From IMG/VR virus record IMGVR_UViG_3300010354_000045, positions 1-64,000 of that record: a stretch of 64,000 nucleotides of DNA; one strand, given 5' to 3'. A program made the translations under genes and the position numbers. Below the pieces are notes generated by a model. The model was given only the letters and a program-made list of their open reading frames with translations, made no database searches and was not told the origin of the DNA. Each line of letters starts with the position of its first letter. Within the stretch, counting starts at the first letter, position 1. Source of the stretch: a virus. Positions 17,818-29,900 of this stretch are shown here, in pieces.

Positions 17818-20800
17818 TTAACCTTGACTTTCTGTCCAAGAGAGGCGGCACCTTACGTTCTGTGCGTTAGCGCCAAGATTCCTTGCAAATACTGTAATAA
17901 TATCAGGACCGTCTGGATATCCGACGTTACCCCCAAAGACACTATTGCCTAATTCTCTAATGATATTAATATCAAAAGAGGTTGTTGCAAATCTTCCTTG
18001 ACCTTCTTCAGCAAAGAAACTCATTAACACGTCACCTGCTACAGGTGCCGGAGTAGTGCCGCTAACTGAGTGATCTAAGTATTGGCTAATACTACCGTTA
18101 CCTGTTCTAATCCAATTGGCTTGATTAGTAAACAATGTACTTTCTGTATTAAGCCTTAGTGTAATCTGGAAAAACCCAGACACTGCTACACCTACTTGTT
18201 TTAATGTCAACGCACTTCTATTAATTAACGCTCTACGACCAAATTGATCTCCAATTCCATTATCAACGCTAGGGGCTAATCTTACGCTAACAATTGGTAG
18301 TTCGGAGCCGGCGCCAACGTTGATTTGATTAGTAGTACCAGCAGTGAACAGGTAGGATTTATCTTCATCAAATCTACCATCCATCATTACCGATACACCC
18401 CAATGGCTAAGGCTTGGCGCACAATTTTGATTAAAGCTCCATATGTTATCGCCCACGTTAGCAGTTGCATTTGATATCAATCCAAATTCATTTCTTTGAA
18501 CAATAGTAAATCTTGTAGCGCTACGACCGCTTATAGTTCCTGCACTACCTGGAGTACCTTTGGTGTATCTCATGGTTTCGTAGTTAATTACAACTCTTCC
18601 AATTCTAGGAAAATCTGTAGCTTCGGAGTCCCACATGTCAAATGTTGAACTAACTGTAGTCAATGTGCTTCTTAATACGCCCCTTTTAGATCTATTAGAT
18701 ATTTCAAATCTTCCAGGTAAATTACCTGATCGCATATAAGCTTCTGTGTTAACGTTATTGTTGATAAATTCATGACAATATGCAATAGATCCGTCTAGAG
18801 TTCTCATTCCAAATCTAGCCTTTCCTGCACCATACCAAGAATAATCAATAAACACCATCTGCATTTTATTGCCGTCAAAAATAAAACCACTGGGCCCAGA
18901 GCCGTCAAATTTATCTAAGTTAAAGCTACCCGAAGCTACTCTTAAATCATTAGTAAATAATACTCTTAACCCCGATTCTGTAATTGTTTTACATGCTGGT
19001 GCAATATATATCTGCGTATCATTAATTATCTGTGCTATAATATAACCAACACCTTTGATAAGAATATTATCACCTTCTCTTAACTGGCTCAGCCATTTAG
19101 TACCTGTTCCGGTTACAGTTGAGCTATTAGCTGTTACTGAAACTGAGCCCGGCAATTGATTTGTACTATTTCGCCTTACAACATATATGTCTGCACCGTC
19201 ATACTCAAAAAACAATCCGTTTTGATCGTCAAACATACCATCTCTTACAACAGAGTCTTGCCAGTTTTGCACAATTACCTTACCTACGCCGCCCGGTGAT
19301 GTATCTGTAGGTTGTGTTCCCGCCGGAAGAGTTACGGTAAATGTTCTTGAATCAACTACGGTTGCAACTCTAAAAAATCCATTGTATCTGTTTAAACCGC
19401 TAGTTACTGTAAATCCCGATAGATATATTTGTGCTCCTAATCTATATTGATCTGGAGTGGTAAATCCGTGATCTATATCAGTGACTATAGTAAAAACATA
19501 AGGATTAACGTTTGTTAACACTGATACCGATGATATGTCATATGTAGGTTTAAATAAAATACCTGTTGAAAATTGAATACCTTTACCTGATTGATAGCGG
19601 AAATATCTGCGAGTCTGTCGAATAATTTGAGCGTTTGGACTAGAGGTTGCTGTTGTTATAGACACGCCTCCGTCATTAAATCTGTGTGTAGGCACTCCTT
19701 CTGGGGCAACATATACCCTAGTATTACCTCCGTTTACTGTAGTAGTTGATCCAAATGCAGCAGTAGCGTTAGTAAGATATCTAACAACCGTTGCACTTCT
19801 AACTTGATTAATTTCAAATACACCTACCCATACTGCTGTAGGATTAGAAGTATCTGTTACAAATATTTTATTTCCTGGAAATAAAGAATGCGGTGATTGA
19901 AAAGTAATTTCAGCTTGGATTGTTGATATAATTTGTTGAATACTGTTAATAGGTATTGCACCGGCTGCAAAAAAACCACCGGTGTATATAGTAGTATTGG
20001 CGTTAGCATAGTTTGTTCCGTTTACTACTGGTTTTCCTACTCGCATATCAAATGTAGTTGTGTTGATAACAGAACTAATAACACCGGTAGCATCTGATAA
20101 TCTATTTGTAGTTTCTCTTAAAGATATAGGTTGCATTACAGCAAAAGGTGATGTTGGAGCAGTTTGCACTACTACTCGAACAGGTCTGTTGGAGTTTGTT
20201 AAAATATTCCAACCGTCTAAACCGGTAATTGACTGACTAGCTATAAGCGTAGTACCGTCAGATATTTCAAGCCAGGTTGAGCCATTGGCATTAGTAGTAT
20301 ATCTTATTTGTTGTTGATTACTATTTTCAAACCATCTAATTTCAACTATGGTTCTATTAGCAATATTTCCGCCAAAGTTGTAACCTTCCCATCTTAGGGT
20401 GTAGATGCCGGTGGTAACAACGCCACCATTAAGTGTCAATAGACGCTTGTCACCTTTGAAGAATCCCAGATGAGGGAAAGGCGGTGTAGTCGGAACCAAT
20501 GCAGTTGGAATTTGTCCAGTTCCAGTTCCAAAACTGATATATCCGTTAGTTCCTACAAACAAAACGTTGTAGGTAGAACCTAAAAACTGAATATTAAAAG
20601 GCAAATTTACCTGAACGAACGTATCGTCACTGTCACCAGTAAATAAATTAGTTAATCCTGTTGTACCGTTAGTTGGAACACCTGCATTAAGTGCTATGCC
20701 GGCTGTACCTGTTGGAGATTGACCAGTAATAGAAACAATTTGACTGCCTGAGAACGCAGGCTCGTTAGCTTTTAAAAAATAAGATGGATAACTGTTTATA

Positions 20801-21699
20801 GTTTCTACAGTTTCCCATTTAGTACCCTGAGCACTATACTCAAAGTCAGTGTCCATCATTGACTGAGGCGTAGACACACGCATTTTTTCAACAGCATCCT
20901 GATAAACAGGATCGGGTTTCATACTTGCACTACCTTCGTCATAGATGAGACTAATTTCATCAGTAGGCCTCATAGTACTAGTAACTGAATAAAAATAAAT
21001 TGTAGTTAAGTCATCAGGAATTTGTTTGTAAATTGCATAAGCAGTTCTAGTAGCATCAGCAAAATTATACATGATAACACCTCTAGTGCTATTGACTATT
21101 AGTGCAGACTTTTTAACAGTAATTTTGCCTCTAGTTGTTAAATATCCCCAGAATCCGTTACCGAGGGTCAATGCAGGTAAACTAGTAAGCCCGTTAGTAA
21201 TTGTATCTGTAATACCTGTTAATAATGTAGTTACTCTTGCGTTTGCGCCGGCTTCTCCGTTTAATCCTGTTGTAATTTGCGGCTCAGCTGTCTGATATGC
21301 TGGACTAGCTGCTACACCCGGAAAAATATAATTGTTAATTAAACTAGTAATGTAAGTATAAACAGAAACCTCTGGAGCTCGATCTCCGTCGACTTGCGGA
21401 ATATCTCCCACCCAATAAAAACTGGCAATTTCTCTAGTCTGTACATTACCATTAAACTTTAAATCATTAGTTAACGCTTCAATAACATAACCTACATCTC
21501 TTTCACATTTTGCCGAATTATAATCATAATCCTGGAACGGAGCAATATTATTGTTAATTTGATTCTGTATATAAGCCACAGACATTTTTTGTATAAATGC
21601 TTTATTGGCTACTAATCTTGCATAGGCATTAGGAAAGGCATTAAAACTTTCGTTTGACCCTGGTGTAAATGAATAATTAAAAAGTTGTTTTTTTGCCAT
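17818..21699 (-). CDS. Large virion structural / tail-associated protein
   Basis: 1293 aa beta-rich; KCERDVGYVIEAL and RQTRRYFRYQSGKG, WYGAG motifs seen in aquatic myophage virion proteins. Confidence 0.7.
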   Translation of the reverse strand: MAKKQLFNYSFTPGSNESFNAFPNAYARLVANKAFIQKMSVAYIQNQINNNIAPFQDYDYNSAKCERDVGYVIEALTNDLKFNGNVQTREIASFYWVGDIPQVDGDRAPEVSVYTYITSLINNYIFPGVAASPAYQTAEPQITTGLNGEAGANARVTTLLTGITDTITNGLTSLPALTLGNGFWGYLTTRGKITVKKSALIVNSTRGVIMYNFADATRTAYAIYKQIPDDLTTIYFYSVTSTMRPTDEISLIYDEGSASMKPDPVYQDAVEKMRVSTPQSMMDTDFEYSAQGTKWETVETINSYPSYFLKANEPAFSGSQIVSITGQSPTGTAGIALNAGVPTNGTTGLTNLFTGDSDDTFVQVNLPFNIQFLGSTYNVLFVGTNGYISFGTGTGQIPTALVPTTPPFPHLGFFKGDKRLLTLNGGVVTTGIYTLRWEGYNFGGNIANRTIVEIRWFENSNQQQIRYTTNANGSTWLEISDGTTLIASQSITGLDGWNILTNSNRPVRVVVQTAPTSPFAVMQPISLRETTNRLSDATGVISSVINTTTFDMRVGKPVVNGTNYANANTTIYTGGFFAAGAIPINSIQQIISTIQAEITFQSPHSLFPGNKIFVTDTSNPTAVWVGVFEINQVRSATVVRYLTNATAAFGSTTTVNGGNTRVYVAPEGVPTHRFNDGGVSITTATSSPNAQIIRQTRRYFRYQSGKGIQFSTGILFKPTYDISSVSVLTNVNPYVFTIVTDIDHGFTTPDQYRLGAQIYLSGFTVTSGLNRYNGFFRVATVVDSRTFTVTLPAGTQPTDTSPGGVGKVIVQNWQDSVVRDGMFDDQNGLFFEYDGADIYVVRRNSTNQLPGSVSVTANSSTVTGTGTKWLSQLREGDNILIKGVGYIIAQIINDTQIYIAPACKTITESGLRVLFTNDLRVASGSFNLDKFDGSGPSGFIFDGNKMQMVFIDYSWYGAGKARFGMRTLDGSIAYCHEFINNNVNTEAYMRSGNLPGRFEISNRSKRGVLRSTLTTVSSTFDMWDSEATDFPRIGRVVINYETMRYTKGTPGSAGTISGRSATRFTIVQRNEFGLISNATANVGDNIWSFNQNCAPSLSHWGVSVMMDGRFDEDKSYLFTAGTTNQINVGAGSELPIVSVRLAPSVDNGIGDQFGRRALINRSALTLKQVGVAVSGFFQITLRLNTESTLFTNQANWIRTGNGSISQYLDHSVSGTTPAPVAGDVLMSFFAEEGQGRFATTSFDINIIRELGNSVFGGNVGYPDGPDIITVFARNLGANAQNVRCRLSWTESQG

Positions 21700-21724
21700 T
21701 TTTATTCCGTTTTTATAAACATTT

Positions 21725-22153
21725 TTATAGTGCTACTGCATAAGCTATTGCTAGACTATCAGGTATTAATTTTTGTCCGGCTGCTGTAATAGTTCCCGAA
21801 ACTGCAATATTTCCAGTTACCTGTAATTTATTTACACCGTCGTCTATTGCAGATCCTATAACAACATTACCGTTATATTGAGCAATTTTTACTAGTCCTG
21901 AACTATTAACTTCTATACTAGGTATGCCAGATACATCGTTAACTGAAAATATAGTGCCCGTTAAACTATTAGTTAATGAAAACAATTGCCCATTACTAGC
22001 TTCAAAACTAAGAGTACCATTACTTGTTGGTAATGCAACAACACTAACGTTTTGCGGACCAAGACTGGCATTTGCACCGCTAAAAACAATAGCAGGATTA
22101 TTTGCCGAACCTACATTAGGAGTAATTACTATATTTTTATCAGAATTTGCCAT
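21725..22153 (-). CDS. Short tail-fibre-type protein
   Basis: LFSLTNSLTGTIFSVNDVSGIPSIEV, KLQVTG fibre motifs; TAAATA 7 nt before ATG. Confidence 0.65.
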   Translation of the reverse strand: MANSDKNIVITPNVGSANNPAIVFSGANASLGPQNVSVVALPTSNGTLSFEASNGQLFSLTNSLTGTIFSVNDVSGIPSIEVNSSGLVKIAQYNGNVVIGSAIDDGVNKLQVTGNIAVSGTITAAGQKLIPDSLAIAYAVAL

Positions 22154-22180
22154 AGTATTATATTTAGTTGTTAAAAAACT

Positions 22181-24064
22181 TTAAAGTCTTGTTATAACTA
22201 CCTGTCCTTCAGCCAAAGTTGCATTAGGAGCACCTGCACTAGCTAAAGATCTAGTAACATTAGTGGCACCTGGAACAACGTAGGAACTTCCGCCTGTTGA
22301 TCGACGTAAACTCTGCCCCGAACTTCCTGTTACGACTCCGCCTGTATAACCGCCACCACCGCCAGTACCAAATCCTCCGTTTCTGGCACCACCACCGCCA
22401 AAACCCGCGCCGCCGGCAGTTGTAGTATCAAATACGGTTGATTGATAAAGGCCGCCAAACAGTCCATTAAAAAAACTTCGACCTTCACCAACATTGCTTG
22501 TAGGAAATCTGTCACCGTTGGTATTAAATCCGCCGCCACCGCTAGGATTTGCGGTACCACTATCATTATTAATTGTTCCACCATTACCGGTTGTAGGAGT
22601 TAATGGATTTAATGCGCCTGCATTTAGCACTGTAACGGTTATTCCGTCTGTAGTTTGAGCATCTGCAAAAGCCTGACCTGTTTGAAAACTAGCCTCACTG
22701 GTATAAAAACTGTAATCACCGGCACCCCCAGCTACTACTAATGGGGTGGAGCCGGCAATAGCTCCATTATTTGAAAGAACAACCCAACTAGCTCCTTCAC
22801 CTACTTCGGTGGCAGCACTTGCACGCTGTCCACAAATTATCCATATTTTTTGACCTTGTGTTAAACTTACTGTTGCTGTAATTAAAGCAGCAGCACCTTT
22901 AGTAGAGGCGCTGCCACTAGAAGCGCCTCTTGCTTGTATCTGATAATTAGCAGATGCTGGCACAGTCCATAGCTGATACCCGTTAAATGCGGTTACTTGA
23001 TAATAGGCGGTATTGTTTAACCAAGGATTATTAGCGGTATCATATGCAGCCAGTAATTGTGCCTGAGTCGGGCCAAGGCGACCAATAGTGCCTGCGTTAG
23101 TAAATGTAAATGTAGTAAACGAATATAAGTTAACTGCTACAGTAAGGTTAAAAGTTTTGCTAGTAGTTTGATTTATTTGATCAGTAAACGTAACGGTAAA
23201 AGTTGTTGAGGCAATACTTTGAGTAGGAAGTCCTGAAATAGTTCCATCTTGGCTAATAGATAGGCCTGTAGGTAGTGTTGGACTAATAGACGCAGCAACG
23301 GTACCATATCCACCAGTATAACTTACTGGTCTAAAAGAAATTGATCCTGTTACTGTTTGATTTGCAATTAGTACAGTACTTGATAAGACAGGAAAAGATA
23401 CACTCTGAAAGGTTCGATTCGAAAAGGCTCTATAATTATTTTCTATTTCACTGTCAGACAAAGCTCTATTATAAATTCTAACTGCTCTTATAGAACAAGT
23501 GGCAAATTCACCTGGGAATCCATTGTGAATGTTAAGGATTTGACTAGTAAAATTATTATTAAAATTTGATTTTTGATGTTGTAAAATAGCATTTTTATAA
23601 CCATAGGCTACATTAGATTCTCTTTTTAAAACAATATGATTCCATTCATTTAAAGTAAGAGACCAACCAGCAGTTGGGTCTGTATTAAATGTAGCACTGT
23701 AAAAATATACTTGTCCGTTAGTGACATTTGCTTTGAGTGCAAACGTATTTTGCTCGGGTAACGCTACCATGTGAGTATATGTGCTAAAGCTAGTCGGATA
23801 TATCCAAACTTCTATAGTAAAATTACCGGTTCCGAACGCCCAGTTACTATTAGAAGGCCATTGTAAATAGTCGGTACTAGGAAATGACCATGCACCTGTG
23901 ACCAAACTCCATGTTGTAGTTCCTACAATTGATCCCACTAAAGGAGTACTTATACCCGTTGTGGTAATTTGTTTAGTAGCAAAGTTTGTATTGTTATAGT
24001 TAAATGAATCAATATTAAAAACTAATCCTGATATAACTAAATTTGGTCCTGAAATCCCTGCCAT
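22181..24064 (-). CDS. LamG/ConA + Ig-like + glycine-rich putative adhesin
   Basis: FTIEVWIYP..WNHIV..VRIYNRALS (LamG), LPTGLSI..GTISG.PT (He_PIG-like), C-terminal GGGG runs. Confidence 0.75.
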   Translation of the reverse strand: MAGISGPNLVISGLVFNIDSFNYNNTNFATKQITTTGISTPLVGSIVGTTTWSLVTGAWSFPSTDYLQWPSNSNWAFGTGNFTIEVWIYPTSFSTYTHMVALPEQNTFALKANVTNGQVYFYSATFNTDPTAGWSLTLNEWNHIVLKRESNVAYGYKNAILQHQKSNFNNNFTSQILNIHNGFPGEFATCSIRAVRIYNRALSDSEIENNYRAFSNRTFQSVSFPVLSSTVLIANQTVTGSISFRPVSYTGGYGTVAASISPTLPTGLSISQDGTISGLPTQSIASTTFTVTFTDQINQTTSKTFNLTVAVNLYSFTTFTFTNAGTIGRLGPTQAQLLAAYDTANNPWLNNTAYYQVTAFNGYQLWTVPASANYQIQARGASSGSASTKGAAALITATVSLTQGQKIWIICGQRASAATEVGEGASWVVLSNNGAIAGSTPLVVAGGAGDYSFYTSEASFQTGQAFADAQTTDGITVTVLNAGALNPLTPTTGNGGTINNDSGTANPSGGGGFNTNGDRFPTSNVGEGRSFFNGLFGGLYQSTVFDTTTAGGAGFGGGGARNGGFGTGGGGGYTGGVVTGSSGQSLRRSTGGSSYVVPGATNVTRSLASAGAPNATLAEGQVVITRL

Positions 24065-24073
24065 ATCTACACC

Positions 24074-26134
24074 TTAAATTTGTTGTTCTCTTCCAATCTG
24101 CCCAACATTAGTGCTAGGAAATCTTCTGTTTAGTCCCCAAATGACTCTTACTGCTCCGTTTCCGCCTGCACCGCCCGATGGCGCACTTCCTCCTGCACCT
24201 ACAACCACTGTATACGTTTGTCGAGGAAATACTGGATAGTTATTAATAAACCGTGTTCCGCCACCGCCACCGCCACCACTACTGCTAAACTGATTAGCAC
24301 CACCACCACCACCAAATTTTCCGCCGTTAGAACCGTTCCACGGGAATGTACCTGCTGTGCCAGTAGTGCCGGAATCGCCTCCAGAACCGCCTTGACCACC
24401 ACTGTTAGAGAACAGGGCGCCGCCGCCGGCACCATTATCACCTTGGCCGTAAACTCCAATACCTCCGCCGCCGGCACCGCCGTCTCCAGAGCTGCCTGAC
24501 GGAGTTGTTCCAGACCAAGATCCGCCGCCACCGCCACCACCGCCGGATCCACTGTTTCCAGATCCACTGGCACTGCCGGCACCACCGTTTCCTGCATATC
24601 CGCCGGCGCCACCACCGCCGCCATTTCCAGAACCATTGTAGCCACCACCACCGCCATTACCGCCACCAATGTCTCCGCTTGAACCGGAAATGGTGCCTCC
24701 TGCACCAGCAGAAGATTGTGTGCCACCACCACCTCCATTTGCTATGCAAATAGATCCGCCAAACGAGCTAGTTCCTCCGGCATTACCAGACCCGCTATCA
24801 GTGGCACTAGCTCCGCCGCCACCTACACATAATATTGTCAGTGCGTAAATACCTTCTGGAACAGTAAACGTATATGTGCCGGGAGTTGTATATAAAATTC
24901 CACCAATATGAGAATAGTATCTAGGTATATAACTGTCGTATAGTTGCTGTACTTGATCAGCAGATAAATTTGTTCTGTAAACACTAATATTACTTATAAA
25001 TCCGTTAGCAAAAGAAAAATTAGATAATTCCGATCCTATTGATACTGAACTTCCTTGACCAAAATTAAAATTTGATGGCAAGGTTGTTGATAGAACATTT
25101 TGTGCATCTCGATATACAATCAAACTAGTTCCATTTCTTACTACACCTATATGATGCCATAGATTGTCGTTTACATTTATTCCGGATGATGCTGTTGTTT
25201 CTACCGTCGATCCAAGAACAGATTCATAATATGAAAAACTTAAATTACTAGAATTTGTAGAAATACGTAGTGCCCAAGCACCAACAGCTGGCTGGCCGGG
25301 TGGCGGTGGTAAAATTGGATAACCTTGACTAAGAATACAAGAATAATTATTTTGTGTAGTAGTGCTTGACCGCCACCATATACTAATCGACCAATTACCT
25401 GTACCTAGCGTTGCTATTTGTGAGGTCGCAGGAAATGATCCAGTGCTGGTTCCCGATCCGGTTGAGCCGAACTGTAAAAGTCCATAAGTTAAATAAGGTT
25501 CAACTTTTTCATTTACAGTAACAGGTACGGATCTGTTAATTAAGTCTACCCACCTATTGCCATTAGTGTTAGCTAACGGATTGAATGTTGTTACTACTGA
25601 GGACCGTTCGACTTGAAGCCCGTCAAACCAAATATTAACCCCGTTTGTAGTGCATCCTAATCTTGCCTGTACATAAAACGTGCTAGCATTAGTAAATGTC
25701 ACAGAAAAACTAAATCTTTGCCAAAATGTTGTAACTGTAAAAGTGTTAGATAGTGCTTCTAAGTATGCTCCTGAACTATTTGCACTAAAAAGATAGGGCA
25801 GCGCTGTTGCTGTAGAACTAGCTTTAGCCCAGAAACTTAGTGTCCAAGATTGAGCCGATGCTGCTTGTGCTAAATTCCATATAGAATTGCTATAAGTTGC
25901 AATATAAGAATCAGTACCTTGAGAAAACATTTTTAAAGGTATGCCGCCGGCTGGACTTCGATTAATCGAATCGTCCCTTGAAATAGAACAGGTGTTTAAT
26001 CCAGCAGTACCACACCATGCAAATAAGTCTAGTGGGTTAGGTACAACATTACCGCTATAACTTTGTGGGTTAGCTGAATCTAAGCAACTTACTAGGTCAG
26101 TAATTGGAATTGACTGGTTGAGTGATATTCCCAT
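24074..26134 (-). CDS. CBM-like + LamG + glycine-rich putative adhesin
   Basis: WTLSFWAK..WQRF..DGLQVE (CBM-like), WHHIGVVRNG (LamG), TFTVPEG..CVGGGG and long poly-Gly tail. Confidence 0.75.
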   Translation of the reverse strand: MGISLNQSIPITDLVSCLDSANPQSYSGNVVPNPLDLFAWCGTAGLNTCSISRDDSINRSPAGGIPLKMFSQGTDSYIATYSNSIWNLAQAASAQSWTLSFWAKASSTATALPYLFSANSSGAYLEALSNTFTVTTFWQRFSFSVTFTNASTFYVQARLGCTTNGVNIWFDGLQVERSSVVTTFNPLANTNGNRWVDLINRSVPVTVNEKVEPYLTYGLLQFGSTGSGTSTGSFPATSQIATLGTGNWSISIWWRSSTTTQNNYSCILSQGYPILPPPPGQPAVGAWALRISTNSSNLSFSYYESVLGSTVETTASSGINVNDNLWHHIGVVRNGTSLIVYRDAQNVLSTTLPSNFNFGQGSSVSIGSELSNFSFANGFISNISVYRTNLSADQVQQLYDSYIPRYYSHIGGILYTTPGTYTFTVPEGIYALTILCVGGGGASATDSGSGNAGGTSSFGGSICIANGGGGGTQSSAGAGGTISGSSGDIGGGNGGGGGYNGSGNGGGGGAGGYAGNGGAGSASGSGNSGSGGGGGGGGSWSGTTPSGSSGDGGAGGGGIGVYGQGDNGAGGGALFSNSGGQGGSGGDSGTTGTAGTFPWNGSNGGKFGGGGGANQFSSSGGGGGGGTRFINNYPVFPRQTYTVVVGAGGSAPSGGAGGNGAVRVIWGLNRRFPSTNVGQIGREQQI

Positions 26135-26707
26135 TTACCATATCCTTATTTGATCTATTATTGTTTGAGAGCCGCTACCGGTACTACTACAACTGCGGCC
26201 ATGATGTATTCCGGCTAACGATCCGTTAACATTACGTCTACGAACAATAGTAAAGTATCTAAATACTTCTCCGTTAAATCTCATAAAGTTATTTGCATCG
26301 TTATCGCACGCTGTAGTTTTGTCATGCGTAGAAAATTGTGGTTCATCTTGAGCAAGGTATGTTCTAATAATTCTATCCCCAGCAGATTCGTTATAGTTGA
26401 TCATATTGCCAGTGCCGCTAGCACCTACTGCTGCACCGTATGCACTAGTATTCATAAAACTCCAACAAGCCGCTGTTCCAGACACTTGAAAACGACAACT
26501 CATATAACGCCATGCAAACGGATCTTTTAATTCAATGTATATACCGCTGTCTGCGCCGCCACACCCGGCCAAGTCATGTCTAAAAGTCGCTACAAACCCA
26601 GAGTCAGGTCCGTCGACTTGACTTAATAATGTTGCGCCTGTAACATTTATTGAATTAACATTTTGACTAGTTATGAGCAGGCCGCCTGAACTGTAGTTAA
26701 CTGCCAT
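26135..26707 (-). CDS. Hypothetical Cys-containing protein in fibre block
   Basis: 190-aa ORF abutting both neighbours (TAAATG junctions). Confidence 0.7.
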   Translation of the reverse strand: MAVNYSSGGLLITSQNVNSINVTGATLLSQVDGPDSGFVATFRHDLAGCGGADSGIYIELKDPFAWRYMSCRFQVSGTAACWSFMNTSAYGAAVGASGTGNMINYNESAGDRIIRTYLAQDEPQFSTHDKTTACDNDANNFMRFNGEVFRYFTIVRRRNVNGSLAGIHHGRSCSSTGSGSQTIIDQIRIW

Positions 26708-26923
26708 TTACCATTTTCCTATAGGACAAAAACTTTCTGTAAATGCTACTCGATTAACTAATAAACAACTGCATTTTCGACAACCGTCCCCGACTTTATT
26801 CTCGCAAGTAAGACAAATGGCCATACGTGTTGCCTTTAATTCTTCTGATGCTAATTCAATATCAACAGTCACTTCGTTGACTACAATATGTCCTACCGAA
26901 TAACTATTTGTAATTTCTGCCAT
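26708..26923 (-). CDS. Small Cys-rich protein (DUF6171-like)
   Basis: R..IC..C, C..C.C, CPIGKW C-terminus. Confidence 0.7.
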   Translation of the reverse strand: MAEITNSYSVGHIVVNEVTVDIELASEELKATRMAICLTCENKVGDGCRKCSCLLVNRVAFTESFCPIGKW

Positions 26924-29900
26924 TATTCATCACCTTCCACTTCAAGAGGATCTACATCTCGACGAGTAGCCCAAACAGTATAAAAACAATTTACATTGCC
27001 ACCGAACATGCTGTCATTGTCTATATAAATTTTATTATTTTCGATCTTTTCTACACATAATTTTTGGAATTTTCCAATTGGGGTTAGATCAACTGTTATA
27101 GATTCAGGGTCTACTAAATTAGTCCAGTACTCTGGTAATTCTATAATTCTGCTATTAGACAATTTACCTCGTACATAAACACCAAACTCTGGACCTTCTA
27201 AGCTACCGTGGCGTAGTAATTTACCTTTCTTAGTTGGGTGTGATATAATAAATGACTTGGTTGTAGCATTTAATGCTCCACTAATACCAACTCCGCCTGC
27301 AACTGTTAATGCTCCTGTTGTAGTCGAAGTGCTTGCTTGAGTAAACGCAATTGCTAGCCTACCTGTACTTGAGCCGCCTAATGTTATTGTGCTTGTAGTA
27401 ACAGATGTAAACAAGCTGATAGGCGCATTACCTGTTGAATTTAAAGATGCTGCGGTTCCAGACCCAATACGAACATCAGCATTTCCGCTGCTGCCGCCGA
27501 GCTGAATTGTGCTACTTGCACCACCGATGTTTATAATTGATAAATTAGCAGTACCTAAGTTTACAGTACCGTTGGTAGACAGACCGGTAAACAAATTAAT
27601 AGTACCAGTAGTCACGTTAGAAGTTATAGTAGCTGTTCCAGCAGTGCCAGATCCTTGTACATTTAATGTAGTGTTGGCTGCTGATCCTACTTGTAAAGTA
27701 TTTGATGACCAAGTTAAAGAACTTAGACCAGACACTGCGGTTCCGTTGGCTGCATAATAGGCAATTTGATTAGCTGTACCTGAGTTAACTGTGCCGCTAC
27801 CGCCAGCAGAAACAGTTGACCAAGATAGTACACCAGAACCGTTAGTTGTTAGTACTTGGTTAAGACTGCCGCCTGTAATCCTAACTCTAGCAACGTCACC
27901 TAAATCAGTTACTCCTGTTCCATTAGGTGCGATAGTAATATTGCCGTTAGAACCTGCGGTAATTGTTATTGATCCGCTAGTGATTCCGTTGTTTGTGCTC
28001 AATACTAAATTAGCAGTTGCAGATCCTGTAGTCAATGCGCCAGCATTACTTGTATTACCAATATTAACAACTCCAGTTCCGTTAGGAGTAATTGCAATAT
28101 TACCGTTAGCTCCATTATTAATAGTAATACTACCAGTAGTTGTTCCGGAGTTAGTATCTAGAACTAAATTTGTGGCACCGCTTGTAGAAACTTTTGGTGT
28201 TAAAATGCTTGTTGTAAAACTTGGTGTTGTCTGTAATGCAACTACTGTACCGCTTCCAGTTGTTGAATAGCTAGTACCCCAAGCAGAGCCGGTTGAATTT
28301 GGAATTCCGCTACCTGGATACACCATTGGTGCGGTATTAGTAACAGAGACTGCACCAGTAGCACTAGTATTAGCGCTTAATCCGCTGCTAGATGTAAAAC
28401 TAGTTACACCAGTGTTTGTTATGCTTACCGAACCCGTTGCATTAGTATTAGTACTAAGTCCAGAACTTGTAGTAATTGCGGTAACACCTGCGTTAGTAAC
28501 AGTAATTGAGCCTGTGCCATTTGTAATGGTAATACCAGTGCCTTGTGTTAATGTTGCTTTAGTTAGTGTATTACCAGTTGTATTACCTATTAACAATTCG
28601 CCGTTAACATAACTAGTCTGGCCTGTTCCGCCGCGGGCCACGCTTATCGTTGTAGCTTGCCATGTACCGCTAGTTATAACTCCTGTGCTAGATACAGTTA
28701 ATGTGTTAGCTACTATATTTCCTGTACCATTAGCTGTTAGTGTTATATTTTGATTGGCGCCGGCACTAATTGTTATGCTTCCGGTCGTTGTTCCATTATT
28801 GGTGTTTAAAACTAGATTAGATGTAGCAGATCCTGTTGTTAATAATCCCGATGATGCAGTATTACCAATATTAACTAGGCCGCTACCGTTAGGAGTAATA
28901 TTAATATTTCCGCTAGCACCTTGATTTATTACAATAGTACCACTGTTTGTACCTGCATTTGTGCTTAATGTAAGATTACCTGCTCCGTTTGTTGTAATTG
29001 TAGTGGCTGTAGCGGCAGCGCCAACAGTTAGTGTATTTGACGCCCAGGTCAGTGAACTTAACCCAGACACTGCGGTTCCGTTGGCTGCATAATAGGCTAT
29101 TTGATTAGCTGTTCCAGAGTTAACTGTTCCTGATCCGGAAGAAACTGATGCCCAAGATAGTACACCAGAGCCGTTAGTTGTTAGTACATTTCCAAGTGCG
29201 CCTCCGGTAATTTTAACTCTAGCAACATCACCTAAATCAGTTACTCCTGTTCCATTAGGCGTGATAGTAATATTGCCGTTAGCACCAGCTGTGATTACAA
29301 TACTACTGCTGGATGTTCCGCTATTTGTGTTAAGTGTTAAGTTAGCAGTAGCTGACCCTGTAGTAATAAGCCCATTTGCTGTAACGTCGCCTAAATTAAC
29401 ATTACCAGTACCGTTTGGTGTAATTGCAATATTACCATTAGTTCCTTGATTTATTGTTATAGTGCCGCTATTTGTTCCGGTATTAGTATCAAGTACTAAG
29501 TTAGTTGCTCCGCTAGTCGTAACCTTTGGTGTACGAATATCTGTAGTAAAACTTGGCTGAGTTTGTAGTGCAACTACTGTTCCACTGCCTGTAGTTGAGT
29601 AACTAGTTCCCCAAGCTGATCCAGTTGAGTTAGCAATGCCCGCTGATGGATAAGTCATTGGCGAAGCATTTGCAACGGTGATAGATCCGTTGCCGTTGGT
29701 AATAGTTATACCAGTACCTTGTGTTAGTGTTGCTTTAGTTAGTGTATTACCTGTAGTGTTACCAATTAGTAATTGGCCGTCAGTATAGGTTGTTTGTCCA
29801 GTTCCGCCATAAGCTACACCTATTGTTGTTCCACTCCATGTACCAGCAGTAACAGTACCTACTGTATTAATTACTAAATTGTTAAGATTAACAGTTCCGG

